The notes beneath the pieces are model-generated. The model ran no database searches and was not told the origin of the DNA. It saw nothing but the letters and a program-made list of their open reading frames with translations. Below are positions 1 through 6,888 of a stretch of DNA of 33,912 nt, in pieces (position 1 is the stretch's first letter; each line of letters starts with the position of its first letter). The stretch is from assembly GCA_043755615.1 (NCBI GenBank), contig JAYUSP010000465.1, positions 1 to 33,912 of the forward strand, in the 5' to 3' direction. The translations under genes were made by a program, and so were the position numbers. Source of the stretch: Betaproteobacteria bacterium. Its GTDB lineage: Bacteria > Pseudomonadota > Gammaproteobacteria > Burkholderiales > Burkholderiaceae_C.

Positions 1-16
1 CACTCTTGATTTGCAT
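1..16 (-). CDS. Probable start of IS66 accessory gene (orfA/TnpA), only first codons visible (MQIKS...)
   Basis: The minus-strand ATG at 16-14 lies inside one arm of the palindrome (GGTGGACACC-ATG), where IS66 orfA usually starts. Too short to confirm from the protein. Confidence 0.45.
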
Positions 17-49
17 GGTGTCCACCTCAGACATAGGTGGACACCATGC
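13..49. repeat. Perfect 15-bp inverted repeat with 7-nt spacer (IS66 subterminal palindrome)
   Basis: GCATGGTGTCCACCT (13-27), CAGACAT, AGGTGGACACCATGC (35-49); read directly from the sequence. Confidence 0.95.
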
Positions 50-96
50 TGGCCGCTATCGATCAGTTGTTCAAGGTGGGATGGCTGGCCGCTTAC

Positions 97-426
97 GAAC
101 TTGGCGTCAGCGGTGACGTGATCGACGAGTGCTTGAATCACATGATCGAGAGCCGGATTCGGCGGGTGTACATCCGCGACCGGCGCATCGCTGCGCAAGC
201 GCAGGCGTTCGATCTGCTGGGAGCGGAATTGCGTGCGTTGGCCCGTGAGCCTGGAGAGGTGCGGGCCAGCCGCCGCCATGAGGTATCGGTGCAACTCTCA
301 GCAAGACTCCCTCGGAGCGCAATGAAGCGAATCAGCCCCGACGCGGCTCCGACTCGCGCGGCGTCAACGCCAACGGCCGCCCGCGCTCGGCCGCAGCGCT
401 GCGCCGCAAGAACGGCCGCCGCGTGA
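97..426 (+). pseudogene. C-terminal fragment of a tyrosine recombinase/phage-type integrase, cut by IS66 (similarity core 97-240; frame stays open to 426)
   Basis: ELGVSGDVIDECLNHMIESRIRRVYIRDRR...AQAFDLLG matches the end of the integrase catalytic domain, with the LNH His at 139-141 and the VY catalytic Tyr at 169-171. The preceding HxxR box is missing and replaced by IS sequence. Confidence 0.75.
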
Positions 427-500
427 TCGGCTCTACAGGTTCACGCAACCGACGTGGCGCGTACGTGCGCGCGTCATCGCAGCGACCGAGCACGCTTGCG

Positions 501-518
501 AAAGGGGCATTCGCCCCT
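501..518 (-). terminator. Possible weak intrinsic terminator for the minus-strand operon
   Basis: The minus strand reads AGGGGC-GAAT-GCCCCT followed by TT: a 6-bp stem and 4-nt loop with only a short U tract, ~30 nt after the stop at 551. Confidence 0.3.
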
Positions 519-550
519 GGGGCTCAATCGAAGAATGGGCTGCAAGGCCC

Positions 551-685
551 TCATCCGTCGAGGCTGCGGCGCTCAGCCTCGAAGCTGTCGAGCACCTCGC
601 CGATCAGCTCGGCGACCCGCGCCTGCAGCTGCTCGTCCGACCAGTGGTCCCAGGCCGCCCGCGAGCGTCGCCTGTCGCGTGTCAT
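551..685 (-). CDS. Small hypothetical protein, 44 aa (MTRDRRRSRAAWDHWSDEQLQARVAELIGEVLDSFEAERRSLDG)
   Basis: Uses the internal ATG of ORF 551..979, 40 nt downstream of the secA stop. Most codons end in G/C like the neighbouring genes, and the product has an amphipathic-helix pattern. No family recognised. Confidence 0.35.
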   Translation of the reverse strand: MTRDRRRSRAAWDHWSDEQLQARVAELIGEVLDSFEAERRSLDG

Positions 686-725
686 CGAGATCCGGACGCC
701 TCGCCTGCGCCGCGCCGTGGCAGCA

Positions 726-2723
726 TCACTCCGAGCGCCCCGAGAACGCGAGCATGTCGGTGAGCTGGTCGTCGGCCCGCAGCAGGTCGCGCCGCACCCG
801 CGCGTTTGCGCCCTCGGCCGCCTTCTGCGCACGCTGGACCAACAGCCGGCCGAGCGTGGACGGCAAAGGTTCACCCGCAGCGGCGAAGCGGCGCATCGTC
901 CGCACGACAGCGCGTGGCAGGTGATTCGACACGACCTCGTCCTCCAGCGACAGGACGGCCTCGCAACTGCCGGGATCACCCTGGCGACCGGCGCGGCCGA
1001 AGAGTTGGCGATCGATGCGCCGCGCGTCGTGGCGCTCGGTCGCGATCACGTGCAGCCCGCCGCGTTCGGTAACGTCGTCGCCCAGCCGGATGTCCGTACC
1101 CCGCCCGGCCATATTGGTGGCCACGGTGATGCGTCCGGCTTCGCCGGCCTGCGCCACGATGCGCGATTCGCCCTGATCTTGGCGCGCGTTGAGCACCTCG
1201 TGCGGCAACGCGGCCGCGGTGAGCAGCTCGCTGAGGTGTTCCGATGCCGCGACCGAACGTGTACCGATGAGCAACGGTCGGCCGGTCGCCCGCACCTCGG
1301 CCACGGTGCGCACGATCGCCGCCCACTTCTCGGCGGCGGTCACGAAGACGCGGTCCGGCAGCAGCCGGCGCTGCGCCGGCCGGTTGGGGGGGATCGACAC
1401 CACCGGCAGCCGGTACACGGACCACAGCTCGCGCGCCACTTCGCGTGCCGTGCCGGTCATGCCCGACACACGCAGGTAGCGGCGGAAGAAGCGCTGGTAG
1501 CTGATGCGGGCCAGCGTCTCCTGTTGGCCGGTGATGTCGCATCCTTCCTTGGCCTCGATCATCTGGTGCAGGCCGCGTTCCCAGGAGCGGTCGGCCATCA
1601 CGCGGCCGGTGTACTCGTCGATGATCTGGATCTTCCCCTCGCGCACCAGATAGTGCTTGTCGCGGGTGAACAGGTGCAGCGCCGAGAGCGCGCGCCGCAC
1701 CAGCTCTTCGCGCCGGCGCGGCCCCACCCACACCCCGCCCCACGGCGCCGCGAGCTCGGCGAGCGTCGCCTTGCCGGCAGCGCTGAGTTCCACGTCGCGC
1801 TCCCGCGGCCGGATCGAGAAGTCACGCGCGGCGTCCAGCCGCTTAGCGATCTCGATGGCCTGCGCGTAGATCTGCTGCTGGACCTTGGTGTCGCTCACGC
1901 CGGAGATGATCAGCGGCGTGCGTGCCTCGTCGACGAGCACGCTGTCGGCCTCGTCGATGATGACGAAGCACAGGCCGCGCAACAGCAGCTGCGCGCTGCG
2001 CTGCGCCTGCCCGACGATCGTGCCGGAGCCGGCCTGCGCCGCCGCGCGGGCCTCGCGGCCCACGACGATGCGGTCCTTCAAGTAGTCGAAGACGAGCTGC
2101 TTGTTGGTGCAGTAGGTGATGTCGCTGGCGTAGGCGCGCACGCGCTGCTGCGGGTTCGAGTCCTCAACGATCGTGCCCACGCTGAGGCCGAAGAACTTGT
2201 ACAGCGGCGTCATCCACGCTGCGTCGCGCTGCACCAGGAAGTCGTTGACGGTGACGATCTGCACCGGGATGCCGGCCAAGGCCATCACGCAGGCCGGCAG
2301 CGTCGCCGTGAGCGTCTTGCCTTCGCCGGTCTCCATCTCGGCGATCCGGCCTTCGAGCATCACCTTGCCGCCGATGAGCTGCACGTCGAAGTGGCGCATG
2401 CCCAGCCGCCGGCCGGCAACTTCGCGCACCATCGCGAAGGCACGTGCCACCAGCGGATCCTTCAGCCCGTCGCTGTACAGCGCGCGCCGCAGGGCTGGCA
2501 CCAGCGCCTTGAGTTTCGCGTCGGCCAGCGGCTCCAGCGCCGCAGTCTCCTGTTGCACGAGTGCGAGAAAGCGCTCGTGACCCGCGCGTCGGCCCGCCAG
2601 GGCCTGGCGGAAGAAGCCGGCCACGTCACCGGCCAGCGCATCGACGACCGGACGTCGCGCGTCCTCGCGCTGCGGGTAGTGCCCGAGCACGACACCCGGT
2701 CGCAGCGCCGCGGTGTCAGACAT
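726..2723 (-). CDS. secA: Secondary, C-terminally truncated SecA-family ATPase (SecA_DEAD protein), 665 aa
   Basis: SecA motifs: MRHFDVQLIGG, Walker A IAEMETGEGKT (~2313-2345), VTVNDFL, DITYCTN, IIDEADSVLVDEARTPLIISG (DEAD at 1944-1955), IIDEYTGR..GLHQMIEAKEG, GMTGTA, TVATNMAGRGTDI, RRIDRQLFGRAGRQGDPG. Start placed at ATG 2723 (overlapping the upstream stop) rather than 2810. It is a paralog, not the housekeeping secA. Confidence 0.93.
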   Translation of the reverse strand: MSDTAALRPGVVLGHYPQREDARRPVVDALAGDVAGFFRQALAGRRAGHERFLALVQQETAALEPLADAKLKALVPALRRALYSDGLKDPLVARAFAMVREVAGRRLGMRHFDVQLIGGKVMLEGRIAEMETGEGKTLTATLPACVMALAGIPVQIVTVNDFLVQRDAAWMTPLYKFFGLSVGTIVEDSNPQQRVRAYASDITYCTNKQLVFDYLKDRIVVGREARAAAQAGSGTIVGQAQRSAQLLLRGLCFVIIDEADSVLVDEARTPLIISGVSDTKVQQQIYAQAIEIAKRLDAARDFSIRPRERDVELSAAGKATLAELAAPWGGVWVGPRRREELVRRALSALHLFTRDKHYLVREGKIQIIDEYTGRVMADRSWERGLHQMIEAKEGCDITGQQETLARISYQRFFRRYLRVSGMTGTAREVARELWSVYRLPVVSIPPNRPAQRRLLPDRVFVTAAEKWAAIVRTVAEVRATGRPLLIGTRSVAASEHLSELLTAAALPHEVLNARQDQGESRIVAQAGEAGRITVATNMAGRGTDIRLGDDVTERGGLHVIATERHDARRIDRQLFGRAGRQGDPGSCEAVLSLEDEVVSNHLPRAVVRTMRRFAAAGEPLPSTLGRLLVQRAQKAAEGANARVRRDLLRADDQLTDMLAFSGRSE

Positions 2724-4863
2724 TGAACTGCCACAGAAGCAAGCGCCGCACGGCCTCGTAGATCTGGAAGCCGACGGGCTCCCAACCGTGGTCGAAACGC
2801 ACCTGCACACGTGCTCCCAGGTAGGGCGAGTGGGCTTCCAGCGGCAGCGCCAGATCGAACTGGAAGAGGCGCGACAAGGCCTGCAGGCCCTTGCTGTCGC
2901 GTGGGTCGACCGCGATTTGGCCGCCGCCGGTGTTGCCCAGCGCGGCCGTCGGCAGGTCCGTCGAGCCGCCCGGCACCTCCCGCACGACGCGGGCCTGCAG
3001 CGGCGAAGTCTCCCAGCCGGCGAGTACGACCTCGACCCCGCGGGTGCGCTCGCGCACCCGCGCCACGTCGTCCTGCTGAACGACCACCCGCGCGGTGAAC
3101 TCGTTCGGGCGCACGACGTAGCCCACGAGCTGGCCCTTCTGCACGAGCCGGCCCGGCAGGTCGGTGTCGCGCGGCACCACCAGCCGGCCGTCGGCGGGGC
3201 TGCGCATCACGAGATCGGCCTCGCGCTCGCGCATGCGGGCCAGGTTGGCGCGGGTGGTCGCCAGTTCCTCGGCCACGACACTGGCCTGGGACGGGTCCTC
3301 GAACGCGAGCGCGTCGTACTGGGTCTGCAGCGCCGCCGCCTCGGCCTCGAGCACCATCACGCGCGTGGTCAGCATCGGGTCCTCCAGCCGCGCCAGCGGC
3401 TGGCCGCGCCGCACGGGGCTGTCGGCCGCGACCATCATCTCGACGATGAAGCCGTCGGTGCCGGCACGCACCTGGGCGTCCTCGGGCACCCAGACGACGC
3501 CCTCGGCACGCGTCCACAGCGGCGCCGGGACGACGAAGAGCAGCAGCAGCAGCGCCAGCAGCGCGCCCCCGCCGACAAGCAGCGCCCGCGGCCGCCGGCG
3601 GCGCAGGTTCGGGCTGTTGGTCACGAATCGGATTCCTTTGAAAAGCGGCACCAGCACCTGCGTCGAGACGGCCCACAGCGCCAGCAGCACGCCGATGATG
3701 AAGAAGCGGCCGGCGATGAAGGTGACGATGACGACGGTGATGAACGCGCGGTACACGAAGGAGACGAGCCCGTAGCCCGTCATCCACAGCCGCTCGCCAC
3801 GGGTCTGGGCGGGCGACCGCGCGTCCTTCGAGCCGAAGGCGTAGCGTTGCACGAGGTAGCCGAGGTACTGGTTGGAGCGCTGGCCGAGGTTCGGGATCTC
3901 GATCCAGTCCGACAGCACGTAATAGCCGTCGAAACGCAGCAGCGGATTGCCGTTGAACAGCAGCGTGGACACGCCGCTGATGAGCATCACGTTGTAGGCG
4001 ACGTTGCTGACCAGACCCGGCTCGACCAGCAGCCACGCGAACATCGCCAGTGATCCGAGGAACAGCTCCACCGCGATGCCGATCGCGCCCACCACCATGC
4101 GCTGCCGCTTGTCCTTGAAGCCGGTGGCGGCCGAGGCGTCGACGTAGGGCACCGGCGCGAACACCAGCAGCATGACGCCGATCTCGTGCACCTCGCCGCC
4201 CCAGTGCCGTGTGGCATAGGCGTGGCCAAGCTCGTGCAGGGCCTTGACGCAAGGGTAGACGAGCCACAACAGCAGCAGATTCGCCGGCGTCAGCACGCGG
4301 TCGACAACGTTCTGCGTCAGGTCGGTCCAGTGCGACGCGGCCAGCAGCGCACCGGCGCCCACGACCAGCAGCCACAGCAGCGCCCCCCACCACGAGAACA
4401 CCGGGTCGACGAAGCGCCCGGTGCGCAGCAGGAACCGGTCGGGGTCGATGAGCGGAAAGCGCAGCGACAGCGGCGACCACAGGCGCCGCTTCCACTTCAT
4501 GCGCTGGTGCTTCTCATAGCGGCGGAATACTTCGGCGCTGTCGGCGGGCACGTCGGCCAGCAGCGCGTCGGCCGCGTGCAGTTGCGACAGCAGGCGGATG
4601 ACGTCTTCCTGCGTCGGCGCATCGTCGCCCAGCGCGGTACCGGCCGCTACCCAGATCTGCTGCACGCTGCGCCGGCCGTCCATCAGCCCGACAACGTGGT
4701 GCGCTGCCGGCGTGAAGCGGTGGGCGCGCTGGCCAGCCGGGTCGTCCAGCACGAACCACACACGGCCGCGGAAAGCGTGCCGGTGCACCTTGACGTGGGC
4801 GCGCAGGCGCGGCTTCAGTGCCGCGACGCGGTACCACGACGGGCTGAACAGAGAATCGCTCAT
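2716..4863 (-). CDS. M50 (site-2 protease) family membrane metalloprotease with N-terminal PqqD-like domain and C-terminal HlyD-like periplasmic adaptor domain, 715 aa
   Basis: HELGH (4222-4236) and NPLLRFDG (3925-3948) are the S2P zinc motifs, within multiple TM segments. The N-terminus (WFVLDDPAG..HRFTPAAHHVVGLMDGRRSVQQIW..VIRLLSQLHAADAL) has the PqqD/wHTH pattern. The C-terminus has lipoyl-like halves (VRAGTDGFIVEM..VRRGQPLARL; MRSPADGRLV) around a coiled-coil hairpin. Confidence 0.9.
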   Translation of the reverse strand: MSDSLFSPSWYRVAALKPRLRAHVKVHRHAFRGRVWFVLDDPAGQRAHRFTPAAHHVVGLMDGRRSVQQIWVAAGTALGDDAPTQEDVIRLLSQLHAADALLADVPADSAEVFRRYEKHQRMKWKRRLWSPLSLRFPLIDPDRFLLRTGRFVDPVFSWWGALLWLLVVGAGALLAASHWTDLTQNVVDRVLTPANLLLLWLVYPCVKALHELGHAYATRHWGGEVHEIGVMLLVFAPVPYVDASAATGFKDKRQRMVVGAIGIAVELFLGSLAMFAWLLVEPGLVSNVAYNVMLISGVSTLLFNGNPLLRFDGYYVLSDWIEIPNLGQRSNQYLGYLVQRYAFGSKDARSPAQTRGERLWMTGYGLVSFVYRAFITVVIVTFIAGRFFIIGVLLALWAVSTQVLVPLFKGIRFVTNSPNLRRRRPRALLVGGGALLALLLLLFVVPAPLWTRAEGVVWVPEDAQVRAGTDGFIVEMMVAADSPVRRGQPLARLEDPMLTTRVMVLEAEAAALQTQYDALAFEDPSQASVVAEELATTRANLARMREREADLVMRSPADGRLVVPRDTDLPGRLVQKGQLVGYVVRPNEFTARVVVQQDDVARVRERTRGVEVVLAGWETSPLQARVVREVPGGSTDLPTAALGNTGGGQIAVDPRDSKGLQALSRLFQFDLALPLEAHSPYLGARVQVRFDHGWEPVGFQIYEAVRRLLLWQFNV

Positions 4864-4876
4864 CGCCGCGAGGCGC

Positions 4877-6751
4877 TCAGGGCCACCACGACCAGAACCA
4901 CATCCGCACCCAGTGCCTCAGCTTGTGGGTCCAGATCCAGAAGAGGTTGCGGCGCTCGATTTCGATCTTGGCCACGCCTTCCATGCCCGGGCGCAGCTGC
5001 TGCAGCTCTCCGGTGGCCTTGGCCTCGACGCGGAAGTAGTTGCGGCCCTGCTCCACCACGGACACCGGGGTGATCTTGTCCACCACCAGCGCCACCGGGT
5101 CGCTGGGCCGGCTGCTCAGCGCCAGCGTGCCGGTCTGCTGCATTTTCACAGCCGGGATGTCGCGCTCGTCGACCTTCATGATGATCCGGTAGCTGTCCAG
5201 CGGCGCCAGCTCGAACAGCACCGCCCCGCGTTCCACAGGGGCCCCCAGGGACTGGCTCAAGTCGCCCTTGACCACCACGCCGTCGAAAGGCGCCAGCACG
5301 CGGGTGCGCTTGAGCTGGTCGTCCACGAGGAAGAGCTGCGCATCAGCCTGCGCGATCTGCGATTCCAGCACCCGGCTCTTGGCGCGCTGACGGTCCGCGA
5401 GCGCGGCACCGTATTCCGACTCGCGCTGCGCCCGCTGGCCGACCAGACGGGTGCGTTCGAGGCGCAGGTCGCGATCGTCGAGCAGCGCCATCAGGTCACC
5501 GGCCTTGACGATGTCGCCGGCCCGCACCCGCGCCTCGGCCACGTAGCCGGGCATGGCGGCCGTCACCGCGCGCTGGATCGTGCCTTCCAGGCTCGCGTCG
5601 GCGGTGACGCGGTAGTCACCCTGCACGAAGGTGAAGATCAACAGCAGCAGCACGGCCGCCACCACGCCCAGCTTGAGCGCATAGCGCTCGGGGCCGACGA
5701 GGTGGCGCGCCTGCTGCTGCAGGCTGTCCCAGGCCTTCTCGCCGATCCAGCGGTCGTCCTTGCGCTTGACGTCCAGCACCGGGCCGACGAGCTGCGCGGC
5801 GTGTTCGCACAGCTCCACCGTGCGCGCGTCGAAGGTGGCGCCCGCGGGCAGCTCCAGCACCATCGCGCCCAGCACTTGCGAGCCGGCGGTCAGCGGCACC
5901 GTGCACACCGCGCCGCCGCCCTGCGCGCGCAGCAGCGTCTCGTGCGCCCGGGTCACCTGAAAGGCCGGGCCCTCGGCCACCGGCGGGTGCACGACGGTGG
6001 CCAACTGGTCGGCCGCTTCGTCCATCGCAGCTTCGATGTCACGCACGAGGTTGCTCTTCTTGCTGAAGGCGGCGCTGTGCGACAGCGCATGCAGCTGGCA
6101 GTGCTTGCCCTGGACGAAACCGATGCTGACGCGCTCGCAGCCGAACATCGCGGCCAGATCGGTCGCCACCGCGGTGGCGGCGGCCTGGAAACGGACATGC
6201 CTCAGCGACGTCGACACGAGCTGCAGCACGGTGACCAGCCGCGCCTTGCTGGTGAAGGTCTTGCGGTAGGCCAGCGTCTCGAGCCAGCCGAGGCCCCAGC
6301 CGATCTGCTGGATGCCGGCGCGCACGGCGGCCTCGGAGCGCCCGGTCAGTTCCAGCCCAACGACACCGATGAGTTCCTCGTCGACGGCGATCGGGTGGGC
6401 GACGAACAAAGGATCGGTGCGGTTGGGCCGGTCCAGGCTGTCGACGGCGATCACCTTCTCGACCAGGGCACGCTCGACCAGCGCTGCGAGCTTCGGGTGG
6501 CCCTCGATGCCCACCGGCCACACGGCCATCGGCTGGTAGGCGCCACCCTCGCCGCTGCGCAGCACCACGACGGCACGCACGACGCCGTCGAGGTGCCGGC
6601 ACTGGATGTCGAGCCAGGTCGCGACGAAGTGCGTCGTGTCCGCCGCATGCGCGAGCCGCGCCCAGTCCTCCGACTGGAAACCACCGGCTGCGCGGCTGCC
6701 TGCCCCTCGTCGCAAATCGACGAGGGAAACCACACCGTCTTGATCTGACAC
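4877..6751 (-). CDS. HlyD/membrane-fusion periplasmic adaptor with N-terminal cytoplasmic GAF-like domain(s), 624 aa
   Basis: GTG start preceded by GGGGG. The GAF-like region (AVCTVPLTAGSQVLGAMVLE; FVAHPIAVDEELIGVVGLE) is followed by one TM helix (LKLGVVAAVLLLLIFTFV). After it come VTAAMPGYVAEARVRAGDIVKAGDLMALLD, a helical hairpin, VLAPFDGVVV, LRPGMEGVAKI and a Trp-rich end (WFWSWWP). Confidence 0.9.
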   Translation of the reverse strand: MSDQDGVVSLVDLRRGAGSRAAGGFQSEDWARLAHAADTTHFVATWLDIQCRHLDGVVRAVVVLRSGEGGAYQPMAVWPVGIEGHPKLAALVERALVEKVIAVDSLDRPNRTDPLFVAHPIAVDEELIGVVGLELTGRSEAAVRAGIQQIGWGLGWLETLAYRKTFTSKARLVTVLQLVSTSLRHVRFQAAATAVATDLAAMFGCERVSIGFVQGKHCQLHALSHSAAFSKKSNLVRDIEAAMDEAADQLATVVHPPVAEGPAFQVTRAHETLLRAQGGGAVCTVPLTAGSQVLGAMVLELPAGATFDARTVELCEHAAQLVGPVLDVKRKDDRWIGEKAWDSLQQQARHLVGPERYALKLGVVAAVLLLLIFTFVQGDYRVTADASLEGTIQRAVTAAMPGYVAEARVRAGDIVKAGDLMALLDDRDLRLERTRLVGQRAQRESEYGAALADRQRAKSRVLESQIAQADAQLFLVDDQLKRTRVLAPFDGVVVKGDLSQSLGAPVERGAVLFELAPLDSYRIIMKVDERDIPAVKMQQTGTLALSSRPSDPVALVVDKITPVSVVEQGRNYFRVEAKATGELQQLRPGMEGVAKIEIERRNLFWIWTHKLRHWVRMWFWSWWP

Positions 6752-6888
6752 TGACGACCCCCGTGCAAGCCCTCACCTGGCAGCTGGGCGCTGCTTGGTC
6801 GTCCGAGCTTGAGTACCGGGGAGTCTATCGGCCGATTGGCGGGCTTATGTACGCGCAGTCCGGGGTTGACGCGGAGCCGTCCGGTGCA

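Larger units (their letters stand above)
1..96 (-). mobile_element. Left end of an IS66-family insertion sequence (continues beyond window start)
   Basis: The minus strand from 96 reads GTAAGCGGCCAGCCATCCCACC; GTAAGCG is the typical IS66 terminus. The GTGTCCAC/GTGGACAC palindrome characteristic of the region just before IS66 tnpA follows inward. Integrase-like similarity starts abruptly at 97. Confidence 0.8.

Noticed and set aside
37-426. 129-aa ORF as an intact gene
   Set aside because: The first 20 codons are IS66 end sequence fused by chance to an integrase fragment.
423-2726. 767-aa plus-strand ORF
   Set aside because: Antisense shadow of secA in high-GC DNA; no recognisable motifs.
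2724-2810. 29-aa Cys-rich N-terminal extension of SecA (MCRC..CGACFC)
   Set aside because: It overlaps the M50 gene's 3' end in another frame. ATG 2723 is the better start, so this is not a real zinc finger.
2462-6748. Long alternative ORFs (2462..4495 -, 2713..4053 +, 4598..6748 +)
   Set aside because: Arg/Ala/Gly-rich off-frame or antisense shadows of well-supported genes.
6752-6888. Internal promoter or terminator between the giant gene and the adaptor gene
   Set aside because: A TAGACT -10-like hexamer is present on the minus strand, but there is no convincing -35 and no strong hairpin with a U tract.
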